The notes beneath the pieces were generated by a model. The model ran no database searches. It saw only the letters and a list, made by a program, of their open reading frames with translations, and had not been told where the DNA came from. A DNA stretch of 63,666 nt, the filler included, from Thraustochytrium aureum (Eukaryota), in the NCBI GenBank assembly GCA_012862495.1. It is 11 parts of 9 records of this genome, joined end to end, with 100 filler letters (N's around TTAATTAATTAA, not from the genome) between each part and the next. Parts side by side here need not be neighbours in the genome. Positions count along the whole stretch, not along the records: positions 1 to 26,875 come from BLSG01000062.1; positions 26,976 to 28,986 come from BLSG01000066.1; positions 29,087 to 35,447 come from BLSG01000067.1; positions 35,548 to 47,275 come from BLSG01000067.1; 7 more parts are not named here. The stretch is one strand, 5' to 3'. The position numbers were made by a program, and so were the translations under genes. Every line of letters starts with the position of its first letter. Position 1 is the first letter of the stretch. Below, piece by piece: positions 24,608 through 36,090 of the stretch.

Positions 24608-25393
24608 CTTGACTCCTTGCCTTCTTCCTCGCTTGGCTACGGAAAACGAGCGCCTCGAGCGGTATCGTCGTCTGCGCTGTGCTCCGCACTGCTCGCGCAC
24701 TTGCGTGGTGGTTGGCGGGCGATTCCCGTCGGCGTGGCGTCCGAGTCGGTGTTCTGTTCGGCGTCTGTCTTGCTCCGCCAGGTCCTTCACTCGATCGAAT
24801 AGGAAGCAGTCCGCGCAACCAGTCATCAACCACCTTGCTTTTCAAGAGAGATCAACCAGTGGCAGGCAACGACGAACAGAGCGAGCGCTCGCGACCATCG
24901 AGCGCTCGTTGTTCCTTTTGCCTTGCCGTTTCAACTTGGCGCCGTTTGGCGAGCGACGGGGCGCCGGGCAGGGCATGTGCCTGGCAAGTTGCCCGGCCAG
25001 TTCGTTCGGGGTTTAGTTGCTCTCCGAGTCTGCAGTGGTTGCTTGCCGCTGTCGTTGAGGGCTTCGCATCGTGATCATGGCGAGCGACGCGCCTGACCCT
25101 ATCACTGATGACAGTGGCACGTCACAGAGATCATCGTCAACGCAAAAGGAAGTGGTCATGCCTGTCAGACGGCCTGCAGATTTCAAACTGGCAGCGGGCG
25201 GACAGGTCGGCTCAAGTCGGATCGCGCAAAGGTCAATGTCAGAGTTTCAGAGAGGAATGGCCGGGGCGTGGGTTGGGGGCGGCGGACGCTCGGTCTCCTG
25301 AAGGCTCAATCCCGGAGGCCATCCCGTGCATTGGGAAGCCACGGCGAGGCTTGCTCCAGCTCGCGCCAGCCCGCTCAAACTCTCTACTAGTAG

Positions 25394-26454
25394 CTAAACA
25401 AGTTGCCAGAGCACGAGGAAGCTGGTGTACACGACGAGCGCGTACTTCTGGGGCATCTTGCATATTTTCATGAGCCAGATCCCAACGCAGCGACTCGCGA
25501 CGAACACGCNNNNNNNNNNNNNNNNNNNNNNNNNNNNNNNNNNNNNNNNNNNNNNNNNNNNNNNNNNNNNNNNNNNNNNNNNNNNNNNNNNNNNNNNNNN
25601 NNNNNNNNNNNNNNNNNNNNNNNNNNNNNNNNNNNNNNNNNNNNNNNNNNNNNNNNNNNNNNNNNNNNNNNNNNNNNNNNNNNNNNNNNNNNNNNNNNNN
25701 NNNNNNNNNNNNNNNNNNNNNNNNNNNNNNNNNNNNNNNNNNNNNNNNNNNNNNNNNNNNNNNNNNNNNNNNNNNNNNNNNNNNNNNNNNNNNNNNNNNN
25801 NNNNNNNNNNNNNNNNNNNNNNNNNNNNNNNNNNNNNNNNNNNNNNNNNNNNNNNNNNNNNNNNNNNNNNNNNNNNNNNNNNNNNNNNNNNNNNNNNNNN
25901 NNNNNNNNNNNNNNNNNNNNNNNNNNNNNNNNNNNNNNNNNNNNNNNNNNNNNNNNNNNNNNNNNNNNNNNNNNNNNNNNNNNNNNNCAACTCTCCCTAT
26001 TCGCCGCCCTGCCACCGCTCATCAGCGTGACGATGACCCAAATCCACGTGGAGCCCAGAAGCCACACCACGAGCGAGTAGGCAAAGTTTGTTCCCAGGTA
26101 GCCCTTGTTCCAGCGGAAAATGAACCAGACTGCGTTGCTCGCCTGCGTGCTGATGAAGAGTGCGAGGATGGATCCGAGCAAGTCGGTTTCGAGCGGCTTG
26201 GCCACCAGCGTGGTGCCCGTTGCTGGCTCTGTCTGAAGAAGGCCCATTGAGAGCACGTGTTTAAGTTTACGGAGCACCACATCGGCGTCGACGCCGATCT
26301 CCTCAACGAGGCTGTGCTCGGTTGCCTCGGACAGCCAGTCTTCGCTCATTTGCGAGGAGAGGGTCCTAGCGCGTGATATCCGCTGTTCCGCTTTGGACCG
26401 CCACCTGGAGACCGAAACCTTGGTCGCGCTCCACAGCGTGCCCAGGCTCTCCAT
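25394..26454 (-). CDS. Yip1-domain Golgi membrane protein (YIPF4-like), gapped
   Basis: LVEEIGVDADVVLRKLKHVL, DLLGSILALF, hydrophobic helices, and C-terminal KYALVVYTSFLVLWQLV*. Confidence 0.7.
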
Positions 26455-26875
26455 TCCGCCAAGCTGGCACGTGCAGGAGGCCTTGCGGTCGCCAGGGCGG
26501 CCGGCCGCCCCGGCCAGGTCCCGCCTCCCGCGCGCCCTCCTTTGCTCCACGCGCCAAGCCGAGCGGCGAGTTGTCGTGCCGTCAAGTGCGCTCTGCCATC
26601 TCCAACTCGCCCTTGCTCGCGCCCGTCGAAATCCCCGAAAAGGCCGACCAAACCCGCGTTCCGCTCCGTTGTCTTCGCACACCCCGCGATGTATTGCGGA
26701 GCCCGTGCCCGTTGTTCTGGTTTTTCTTCAGTTCGTCGAGCGCACCTTCCTTGTCGAGCGCCTCGAGACCGGCCGAGCCTGGGTCGTTCCGTACCCGTGT
26801 TTGCCGCTGGCACGGATGTCGAGTTCGGCTGATGAGAGAGTTTGCGTCTCGCCCAATCAGCCCGTGTCCGCAAGC

Positions 26876-26975
26876 NNNNNNNNNNNNNNNNNNNNNNNNN
26901 NNNNNNNNNNNNNNNNNNNTTAATTAATTAANNNNNNNNNNNNNNNNNNNNNNNNNNNNNNNNNNNNNNNNNNNN
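26876..26975. other. artificial scaffold spacer (44 N + TTAATTAATTAA + 44 N); the 12-mer recurs at 29031, 35492, 47320, 49719, 53243, 57437, 59214, 60420 and 62072
   Basis: Identical 12-mer with stop codons in all six frames, flanked by fixed N runs, ten times in the window. Confidence 0.97.
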
Positions 26976-27282
26976 GAGTCCGTCGCGACTTGAGCCGCGA
27001 GAGTCATCAAAGCCCCGGGAGCACACACAAGCCCTCACTCCCGAGAGCGTCGCGGCGACAACGCCACCGCCGCTCGCGAAGCACGACGTCAACGAGTCTC
27101 CACCGAGTGGACGGACGGACGGACGACCGACTGACGTGCGTCGCAGTCCCCGAACCCTTGCTTGACGCCTCCGCAGTTCGAGCCGAGGGCCGGACGCTGG
27201 CTCGACCCGGGCGAGCTCGCCAGTCGCAGAGCATCTTCCTGCTGACCGACGGCGCAGGCAAGCCCTCCAGTAGCTGCCGACC

Positions 27283-28753
27283 ATGACGCCTGCGCAAGCC
27301 CTGGCTGCTGCCGCCGCCGCCACAGCGCTGGCGGCGGCCATCCCCAGCGACGAAAAGGCGCAAGCTTGCCTTTGCGCTTGTGTGCGCCGCCGCGGCGGCG
27401 GCCAGCGAGCGCCAGCGGCGCCAGAAAGCGCGCAAGGCCGTCGTGGTGGACGCCAAGGTCGCCGCGCCCGGCATGGAGGCCGTGCTCGCGGCGTTTCGAG
27501 CCAACTTTGAGGAGGGACGCGAAGCAGGTGCGCAGCTGGTCTGCTACTCTGGGGGGGCCAAGGTCGTCGAGGCCTACGGCGGCCGCACCGACGCCCACCA
27601 ACTGTTCCCCGAGAGCCTCGTGGTCATCTTTTCCTGCACCAAGGTGATCGAGTCGCTCGTGGTGGCCGTCCTCGCGGACCGCGGCCTGCTCGCCTACGAC
27701 GCCCCAGTGGCCCAGTACTGGCCAGAGTTTGGCCGCGTCGCTGGCGCCGGGGTCACGGTTCGCGACCTCATGGCGCACCAAGGCGGCGTGTCCGGCCAGC
27801 ACAGCCCGATGACAACCGAACTCGGCACCGAGGTGATCACCGACCCGGAGAGACTGGCCGAGTACCTGGCGAACAGCAAGGCGGAGTGGAAGCCCACTTC
27901 GCCCCCATCGCGCCAGCTGTACCACGCAATCACACGCGGCCTCTACGTTGCCGAACTCCTCCGCCGCGTCGACCCGCAGGGGCGATCTATCGACGACTTT
28001 GTGCAGCAGGAGATTGTGGCCAAAGCGCGCAAGACCGTGCCCGACCCGAGCGAGGTAGAGCTGCACATCGGCTGCCCCGACAGCCTTCAGCACCGCGTCG
28101 CCCACCATGTCATGACACAGTCCAAGCCATGGGTCGTCCTTCGCGCCGCTCTTCACCTCGCATTGCCCCGCGAGGCGCTCGAGCACTTGTACGACCGCGA
28201 GATGGACCTCTTGCACCCTTTTGAGCTGGAGATCTATCGTGCACTCGTGCGTCCGGAGACGCTCCGCGCGTTCAAGCTCTTCTCCGACTCCCCGCTCAGC
28301 CCAGCGGCGCTGGCCAACTCGTCCACCATTCGCGCAACCCCGCTCGCTAGCGTGACGGGGATCAGCAACGCGCGCTCGCTTGCGGCGATCATGAGTGCAG
28401 TTGTGAGCGGCGAAGGATCGGTTCTGTCGCCCGCAGGCCTGCAGGAGGCGCTCCAGGGCCAAGGCCCGGTCCTTCGCGACGACGTCTTGTGCCGCACAGT
28501 CACGATGTCTCGTTGCGGCTGGGGCAAGGACCGCTTTGCGCCGTTCGGGTGCCCTGGGTGGGTTGGGTGGGCTGGGATGGGCGGCTCCATGCTGGTCTTC
28601 CACCCAGAAACGCAGTCCGTGTTTTGCTACGTTGTGAACGGGCTAGCGTCGCAGCAGCACAAGGCCCGCGCTTGCCGACTATTGCGGGAGTTTCATGGCG
28701 CGCTCGGGCTGGGCCATAGCCGAGACCTCCCGCCGGTCGAAAGCACGATGTAG
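27283..28753 (+). CDS. beta-lactamase-fold serine hydrolase (family VIII esterase/EstA-like), frameshift near 27380
   Basis: SxxK (IFSCTK), DAPVAQYWPEF, VRDLMAHQGG, YHAITRG, GWAGMGGS. Confidence 0.88.
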
Positions 28754-29086
28754 CAGCAAGCCAAGCCACAGTCGTCCGCTTGTCCGCAGGACCAGGCGAA
28801 AAGCCTTCTATTTTTGATGCTGACCAAGAAAAAGAGCAAGTCGTTCGATTATGTACAGCGGCGCGCGAGCAGGCCGGATTATGATCACACGCTCGATCGT
28901 AGGGTAGCGAGCCCGGTTGCAACATTCAACCACGCAAGCCCGAGCGAGAGCCGCAATGGCGAGGGCTTCATTTGAAGGTGCCTCGTNNNNNNNNNNNNNN
29001 NNNNNNNNNNNNNNNNNNNNNNNNNNNNNNTTAATTAATTAANNNNNNNNNNNNNNNNNNNNNNNNNNNNNNNNNNNNNNNNNNNN

Positions 29087-30052
29087 GTGATCCTCTGCTC
29101 GCACCCAGGTGCGGCAGGGCATCGTCCCTGCATGCTCGAATTTCTCTCCAACGGCGCGGACGGGCTCGACAAGGCCGGCAGCCGCACCAACTCACAGCCG
29201 CAGCGCATTCCCTGGATCGAGAGCAAGGCCTTTGACGCGCACCCGCGCGATCTAGGGGAGCTGCAGCCGGGCCGTTTTCGCCTGTACAAGACGCAGATGA
29301 GCTACAAGGCGATCGCGGACAAGCTCTCGAGCAAGGCAAAGTTTGTGGTGGTGCTCCGAGACCCGAAGGATTACCGGCTCGCCTACTTCAAGCACCTAGA
29401 GCGGCTCTACGAGCTGGAGCGCGGCGGCAACTCGAAGCTGCCGGCCTTTGGGGGGCGCTTTGGCGTCGACGACTTTGTTCGCGTGGGCGTGCCGTTCGTG
29501 CACGGGTTTGAGGGCGAAGTCACGTACGAGCGCAACCTGCTCGATTGGGCCGACGCAAAGTCGAGGAACGACAACGTGCTCGTTCTGTTTTACGAGGACG
29601 TCATCGACAATACACCCGTCGTGCTGGACAAGCTTCTCAAGTTTCTGGACGTCAAGATGCCGCCCGCAGACATTGTCAAGATCCTGAACCACGTCAGCTT
29701 TTCGCGGATGCGCTCGCACTACTCGCCGTTCCACGACTACAGCGCTGACGACGCGCACATTGCGGTTGGGCAGGGCTGCCGCACGTACTCGCACGCGTCC
29801 AACACGCGCCTGAACCAGCTCTGGAACTCGGAGGTGCGGAGCATTGCCCCAGAGTACAAGAATTACGCGGCGCTGTACGAGGCGCTGCAGGGGCGTGCCT
29901 ACCCGTTCCCCTTTGCGCTGAACGGTGAAGCCATTCAGGACAACATGTGCTCTGACCTGCGTGACGCTGTGTTCAAGTTTTTCCGCAGGTCGAAAAAGCG
30001 CAACTCGCTCCAGAAGATGCAAAAGTTCAAGACGAACTCTTCCTGGATCTGA
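29087..30052 (+). CDS. cytosolic sulfotransferase-domain protein (5'-truncated, degenerate motifs)
   Basis: IPWIE, RLYKTQ, KFVVVLRDPKD, NVLVLFYEDV..LLKFL, SFSRMR. Confidence 0.82.
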   Translation: MILCSHPGAAGHRPCMLEFLSNGADGLDKAGSRTNSQPQRIPWIESKAFDAHPRDLGELQPGRFRLYKTQMSYKAIADKLSSKAKFVVVLRDPKDYRLAYFKHLERLYELERGGNSKLPAFGGRFGVDDFVRVGVPFVHGFEGEVTYERNLLDWADAKSRNDNVLVLFYEDVIDNTPVVLDKLLKFLDVKMPPADIVKILNHVSFSRMRSHYSPFHDYSADDAHIAVGQGCRTYSHASNTRLNQLWNSEVRSIAPEYKNYAALYEALQGRAYPFPFALNGEAIQDNMCSDLRDAVFKFFRRSKKRNSLQKMQKFKTNSSWI

Positions 30053-30482
30053 TCGTAGGCCGCGCTGCGAGTGCGTGTGGTTCTTGGATTTGTGTACGCA
30101 ACCGCTGTCGAGGCTGCTCCATGTGATAGGCCTTGCGTCGTGCTTTTTTCTTTTTTCGCAATGTCAACAGCAACAAAATCTGGTTTGTCAGTCCTTTTCT
30201 CCACGCTGCGCCGCGAGGTGCGCTACACGGCCACGCCGCTAGTGCGCTGTAGGCGTCGTCGACGTCGGCGTCGCAAGTGCGGCTGGGTGGTCGGCCCGCT
30301 TCGTTAGTGGAGGGTGTTGGTTTTCTTCCAGCTACGAGGAGTCAGGTTGTTGGCGTCGATCCAAGCAGCACGGGCAAGGGCAGTTCCAACGTGACGTTCA
30401 AGCGACGCTCTATGCCTCGAGCGCAGGGGAGCGCGATCAGCTTGCTCAGCTCGCCTTGGCGCGCTTGCTCAGCTCGCCTTGC

Positions 30483-31229
30483 TCAGCTCGACTTGGCGCG
30501 CTTGCTCATCATCGTGATAAGCCAGAACAGGTTGAGCGAGTTGAGGGCGCAGTTGGCCGTCATGTAGTAGACAATGACGCCGACCGAGTGCGGGCGGCCA
30601 GTCTTGAGCAACGAGATCGACTCGTCGAAAAACGCATACGAAAGGGGAAACCCGTAGCAGATCCGCACCGCCAAAAACGTGTATCCAAAGGCGGTTTGCG
30701 CAAGCTGGTGCGCCGTGCCCATGCGGCCAAACTGGCGCAGGAGCAGCATGACGTTGAGGAACGGCGTGCTCAGCTCGAAGAGCAGGAACCGCACCCCGTA
30801 GTAGTGCAGGTAGGGGAACTGCCCGAAGAGGTAGCAGAGCGCGCAGGCGATCGCGTGCAGCACGAACCCCGCGTCGATCTTGGCCTTGAACAGGCAGGTC
30901 CACAAGTCCCACAAAAAGTAGGCGCACGAGTGCGCGAACAGCAAGTTGGCCTCGTCCGAGAACCCGTACATGTGGTCCTTGTTCATGCTGGCCGTGGCCT
31001 CGGGCGAGCCCATCAAGATATGGCCGGCGAGCCCGCACGTCGTGAGCGAGTGAATCAGTGCGGTGAACCTGGCCCCGAACCTCGCCCGATCGTCCGGGCT
31101 CGCCAGCACCCTCGGCGCGCCCTTCTCGGCCGCCATAGACACCCCAGTCCACAGCGCCAAGAACGCCGCGGTGCGTTTCAGCTGCGTCCCCGTCGTCGCC
31201 AGCCCCAAAAACTCGCCGAAAGCCTGCAT
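30483..31229 (-). CDS. TLC (TRAM/LAG1/CLN8) domain membrane protein, TLCD/TMEM56-like
   Basis: FTALIHS, SCAYFLWDL, FVLHA, FLLFELSTPFLN, FLAVRI, LNSLNLFW. Confidence 0.9.
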   Translation of the reverse strand: MQAFGEFLGLATTGTQLKRTAAFLALWTGVSMAAEKGAPRVLASPDDRARFGARFTALIHSLTTCGLAGHILMGSPEATASMNKDHMYGFSDEANLLFAHSCAYFLWDLWTCLFKAKIDAGFVLHAIACALCYLFGQFPYLHYYGVRFLLFELSTPFLNVMLLLRQFGRMGTAHQLAQTAFGYTFLAVRICYGFPLSYAFFDESISLLKTGRPHSVGVIVYYMTANCALNSLNLFWLITMMSKRAKSS

Positions 31230-31628
31230 CCTCCCGACTCGCGCGCAGGCCGCAGGCCCTCCCTTCCGCCGACCAGCCACGCGAGGATCGCGTCCGGCGC
31301 TAGGAGTCGTCCAACTCTGCCGAAAATCGCTCGACGAGGGAACGTGTAAGACGCGCTTGGTCGACGTGCAATTCCGACGTCACGTCGCGCACCGCACACA
31401 AAAACGCACCCAGCGACGCGCCAGCGCCAGCAGGATCGCAGACCAGCAGCTCCTGCACCTCCACAGGCGCTCCCCAAGCGCCTCGACGGACGGCCTTCGC
31501 CGCACCCNNNNNNNNNNNNNNNNNNNNNNNNNNNNNNNNNNNNNNNNNNNNNNNNNNNNNNNNNNNNNNNNNNNNNNNNNNNNNNNNNNNNNNNNNNNNN
31601 NNNNNNNNNNNNNNNNNNNNNNNNNNNN

Positions 31629-31642
31629 GCTGCTGCTGCTGC

Positions 31643-31690
<48 letters not shown>
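31629..31690. repeat. (GCT)n microsatellite
   Basis: About 20 GCT units with one interruption, abutting an N gap. Confidence 0.9.
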
Positions 31691-31745
31691 GTTGAGCGTC
31701 TGCTGACTCTCGCTGTCTGCTGGCTCTGCGGGGAAACCAACCGGA

Positions 31746-31914
31746 AGCTGCTAGCTTGTTTAGTAGCAGAGCTGGTAGCTTTATTACGAAGCTACTAGCT
31801 TTGAAAAACTGGCAGGGAGGGCCCGTAGGGCGAGCGGGTTCCCCATTTGGAGCTGGTAGCTTTGGGCTGAAAGCTGCTAGCTCAAGTATAGCTCCGTCGC
31901 GAGAGCTACTAGCT
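31746..31914. promoter_or_regulatory. six copies of AGCT(G/A)(C/G)TAGCT in the TLC/Ulp1 divergent intergenic region (candidate cis-element)
   Basis: Copies at 31746, 31770, 31790, 31851, 31872 and 31904. Regulatory role is inferred from position only. Confidence 0.4.
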
Positions 31915-32061
31915 TGGGCGAAATTGCAGGCCGGACACGCGCGTGAGGGGCTTTTGTTCTCTACCTTGCGCCTTGCGATTGGCCGTCACGCAGACCGAAG
32001 AAGCCGCTTGGGCGGCGCCGCGGCTACGGCCGATTCGGGCTTGGTCGCGAACGGGTCGGGT

Positions 32062-32152
32062 CGCTCGCTCTCTCGCTCTCTCGCTCGCTGTCTCGCTGTC
32101 TCGCTCTCTCGCTGTCTCGCTCGCTCTCTCGCTCGCTCTCTCGCTCGCTCGC
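32062..32152. repeat. (CTCG/CTCGCT)n low-complexity repeat
   Basis: Pyrimidine-rich ctcgctctct repeats directly upstream of the Ulp1 start. Confidence 0.85.
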
Positions 32153-32184
32153 TGTCCAGGATTTGACACACGGGCGAAACCACC

Positions 32185-33519
32185 ATGTCTCAGCGGCGAC
32201 GCTCGAAACGCGTGCTCAAGCGCAATAGAGCCGCCGCGTTCGACGAATGTGACTTGCAGGAGGCGCTACGGAGGAGCCGCGAAAGCGCTTCTATGCCCGA
32301 TGACGTGCTCTCTGTTGGCGAGTCGAAGGAAGGCCTGGTTCAAACGAGGGTTGCAACGTTCACGCGTTGTTGCCGCGAGGACGACGAGGACTTGGCTGAG
32401 CGAGTCGACTTGACCCTCGAGTCGGACGACGACGATCGAGGCGCCGACGAGCCTCTTTGCGCGAAGGGCAGCGGCGGTAGCTCGCCTTCGAAGCAGAAAG
32501 GCGCAGACCAGTTTCACTTGGGCGACCTTGTCNNNNNNNNNNNNNNNNNNNNNNNNNNNNNNNNNNNNNNNNNNNNNNNNNNNNNNNNNNNNNNNNNNNN
32601 NNNNNNNNNNNNNNNNNNNNNNNNNNNNNNNNNNNNNNNNNNNNNNNNNNNNNNNNNNNNNNNNNNNNNNNNNNNNNNNNNNNNNNNNNNNNNNNNNNNN
32701 NNNNNNNNNNNNNNNNNNNNNNNNNNNNNNNNNNNNNNNNNNNNNNNNNNNNNNNNNNNNNNNNNNNNNNNNNNNNNNNNNNNNNNNNNNNNNNNNNNNN
32801 NNNNNNNNNNNNNNNNNNNNNNNNNNNNNNNNNNNNNNNNNNNNNNNNNNNNNNNNNNNNNNNNNNNNNNNNNNNNNNNNNNNNNNNNNNNNNNNNNNNN
32901 NNNNNNNNNNNNNNNNNNNNNNNNNNNNNNNNNNNNNNNNNNNNNNNNNNNNNNNNNNNNNNNNNNNNNNNNNNNNNNNNNNNNNNNNNNNNNNNNNNNN
33001 NNNNNNNNNNNNNNNNNNNNNNNNNNNNNNNNNNNNNNNNNNNNNNNNNNNNNNNNNNNNNNNNNNNNNNNNNNNNNNNNNNNNNNNNNNNNNNNNNNNN
33101 NNNNNNNNNNNNNNNNNNNNNNNNNNNNNNNNNNNNNNNNNNNNNNNNNNNNNNNNNNNNNNNNNNNNNNNNNNNNNNNNNNNNNNNNNNNNNNNNNNNN
33201 NNNNNNNNNCGGAGCCCTGACCGGGACCGTTACTGCGCGGGCGCTCCCGGGCATTACTCCCGCGGTGCCGGTGCAGGAGAATAGCTGGGACTGCGGCGTT
33301 TACATGTTGGAGTTTTTCGAGCGAGTCCTGCTCGAGCACATTGGCGACGTGCTCGCGGTTGCAGAGTGCCGCGACGCCAAGGCAGCGCGCGCGGTCTTCA
33401 GCAAGCTCGTGGGCGGGGTCAAGTGGTTTTCAGCGCACCAAGTTCTCGGCAAGCGGCGCGACCTGGCTCGAAGCGTTGGAGCGGATCCGGAGGGCCGGGG
33501 GCGAGCGACCGCTCTCTAG
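32185..33519 (+). CDS. Ulp1/SENP-family C48 cysteine protease, gapped
   Basis: VPVQENSWDCGVYMLEFFE catalytic Q-x-N-x2-DCG motif; SIM-like VDLTLESDDD near the N-terminus. Confidence 0.82.
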   Translation: MSQRRRSKRVLKRNRAAAFDECDLQEALRRSRESASMPDDVLSVGESKEGLVQTRVATFTRCCREDDEDLAERVDLTLESDDDDRGADEPLCAKGSGGSSPSKQKGADQFHLGDLVXXXXXXXXXXXXXXXXXXXXXXXXXXXXXXXXXXXXXXXXXXXXXXXXXXXXXXXXXXXXXXXXXXXXXXXXXXXXXXXXXXXXXXXXXXXXXXXXXXXXXXXXXXXXXXXXXXXXXXXXXXXXXXXXXXXXXXXXXXXXXXXXXXXXXXXXXXXXXXXXXXXXXXXXXXXXXXXXXXXXXXXXXXXXXXXXXXXXXXXXXXXXXXXXXXXXXXXXXXXXXXXXXXGALTGTVTARALPGITPAVPVQENSWDCGVYMLEFFERVLLEHIGDVLAVAECRDAKAARAVFSKLVGGVKWFSAHQVLGKRRDLARSVGADPEGRGRATAL

Positions 33520-33553
33520 AAGCTAGTCGAGAGCGCGCTTTGGAGCCTGACAC

Positions 33554-35447
33554 TTAGAGGCAGAGCAGGGACAGGGCGTGAAAGGCGAGCAAGCTAGTGC
33601 GCCAGGGATTTAGGTGGAAATCAAAATCGTGCGCCGGGTCCGCTTGTGGTGAGGGCCGGCAGCAGCGGTCCGCCTGCCCCCTTGCCAAGAACACCCGCGC
33701 GAAAGGGAGGTCATGCAAAGCCCGCCGCGGCTCAGCCGTCGATACGCAAAACCCTAACAGGTCAGCGCGCTTGATCGGCTTGGAAAGGTACATGTCAAAA
33801 CCAGTTGGGAGCTCGGCTTCCCGGTTCGCGCTGAGGCCGCAAATGAACTGGGCCTTGTCGGACTCGACGCCTCTGGAGCTCTCCCACTTGCGAAACTCTT
33901 GCACGCAAACGTCCCCGTTCATGCGCGGCATAATCTTGTCACAGAGCACGAGCCGGTAGCGGCGGTCCTGCATCATTGAGAGGCCCTCGACGCCGTCCTC
34001 GGCCTCAAAGACCTGGTACCCAAGGGAGTGGAGCTGGCGGCCCATCAGCTTGCGTTGAACAACGTCGTCCTCGATCAAGAGGATGCGCTTCGCGCAAGGG
34101 TCTGTGGAGCTGATCACCGGGCCGCCGGCGGAGCGCGACGGGCTTGCCGACTTGGGAGCACTTGGGTCGCCGGCCGGCATCACAAAGCAGGGCAAACTTT
34201 CGCTGGTAATGAGGCGCTGGCGGCGGCGGGTCTGGATGTTTCTCCGCAGCACGCGCGGCGGCGCCCGGCAGGTGGGCTCAGCTTCCGTGGGCACGTACGG
34301 GATGTCAATCCAAAACACCGAACCGCGGGGCTCGTTCGGCCGGTACCCGCAGTGGCCACCGAGCGCATCGATCTTGTGGGCTGCGAGGAAGAGGCCGAAT
34401 CCGTGGTAGGTTGGGTGCTCGTTGCGGAGCTTGAACAGCGAGTCGCGCAGCTCTGGCGCCACGCCCAAACCGCGGTCTGCGACTTCGACGCGCAGAAACG
34501 TCTCGCACTCGGACGGTTTGCGCGAGTGCACGTGCCGCGAGGCGCTCTGCAGCTGCTGCCACTCGAGGAGGCGCTTCTTCGCGTCGATAAGAAACGCGCG
34601 CACGTTGATGGTCTCGTTGCTCGGAGAGAACCGTTTGGCATTGCCGACGAGGCGCATGATGAGGGAGAAGAGCCACCGCGAGTCGGTGAGGCAGGTCCCG
34701 ATGGACGGGTTGACGTTCCAAACCACCTTGGCGGAGCCCGCGTTGGAGGGCACGGATCCTGGCCCCCCCGCTGGCCGAGTAAAACTTGATGGCGTGCTCG
34801 CAGCGCTCTACCGTCCAAAACACGTTGGTGGCCTGTCGCACGTACTCGGGGGGGCGATGTTGGTGGCGTCGCAGGCGAGCCCCTCGTGCATGTCGGAGCA
34901 CGTCACGTAAATGCCGTCGACGGCGCTGAGGGCCATGTCGGTCAGCGTGTTGAATTCGGCGACTCGCTGCTGCCAGACGTCGCTCGAAGCTGACGTCGGC
35001 ACGGAGCCCTCCGAGCCCCGCCGCAAAGGCGGCGCTGGCGCCGAGGGCGGCGCGGCCACAGCACCCGCGGTTCCTGGCGCCTGGGACTTTGAGTTGGCAA
35101 CCGAGCTGGCAACGCTCGCTTCGTTTGAGTTCCACCTCTCGCGAAGTTGGAAGGCTGGCCCACCGCCGCTGCCCTCCGACGCGACGCTTTTGCTTTGCGC
35201 GAGCGGCGGCTCGGACGCTCCTGTCTGATCGGTTCCACCTTGCGAATCGGCGCCCGATGGAGGTTGCGCACGAAGCAGGCGGCCGGTGGACCCCGCTTGG
35301 CGCGCTCGTGCTAGGCGGAAAGGCCGCAGCTCTTGTTTTTCGGCAAACTCGTCGCCGCTCAACCCCTTGGACTCGTCCTCCTCCGCCGAGTTCTGCTCGC
35401 CCACGTCCTCGGTCCAGTTGGAGATCAGCGCGGTGAGCTCCTCTATC
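33554..35447 (-). CDS. hybrid sensor histidine kinase (HATPase_c + receiver), 5'-truncated, frameshifts near 34760-34860
   Basis: N box LVGNAKRF, G1 VADRGLGV, G2 HGFGLFL, PRGSVFW; receiver LLIEDD, LCDKIMPRMNG, GLSAN, YLSKP. H-box not visible, probably off-contig. Confidence 0.85.
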
Positions 35448-35627
35448 NNNNNNNNNNNNNNNNNNNNNNNNNNNNNNNNNNNNNNNNNNNNTTAATTAAT
35501 TAANNNNNNNNNNNNNNNNNNNNNNNNNNNNNNNNNNNNNNNNNNNNACGGGGTTTGCATGCCATGTGGCCGGCAAGTAGCCGAAATTCATCCAGAATCT
35601 TCAGGAGCGGCGCGAAAGGCTATACCG

Positions 35628-35873
35628 GTACTCTACTTAGTAGTACTTACTTGCATCGATTTTGCCCCTGAGTAGTTGTATACCTGTGCGGTACCAGTAC
35701 TGGTACTCTGCTGTTGACCTCTTACTTGCTCCACGGGGGCGCGGCGCGAGTACCCGTACTAGTACCTTGAGTAGCCACCCCAGGTTGTACCAGACCGGTA
35801 CTGGTTGTACTGCTTTCTCCACGGGGGCGGCGTGAGTACTAGTAGGTACTACTCTAGCTAGAGCTAGTAGTAC
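35628..35873. repeat. GTAC/CTAG-dense island with an underlying ~88-bp direct repeat
   Basis: 14 GTAC sites in about 245 bp; ctccacgggggc..gagtac at 35729 and 35817. Confidence 0.75.
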
Positions 35874-36090
35874 TTTGAGCTCTCTACGCATCACCGCTGC
35901 CGAGCGCGTCAAAGTGGCGACTTGACGTCGTCCAATCCCTCGTTCTCCACCCCGCACCCGGCCAGTTCGTGCTCCTGTCCAGCACATCGCTTGGTCGCGT
36001 TTCGAAGCAGACGACACCAGCCAAGGCTTGGAAGGAGGCTGCCTTGAAGCGCGACACAGATTGGGGATGCGCGAGATGCGGCGAGCTCAT

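Noticed and set aside
32185..33519. Ulp1 protease as cargo of a Mutator-like or other transposon
   Set aside because: No transposase, terminal repeats or TSD visible nearby; most of the gene is in a gap.
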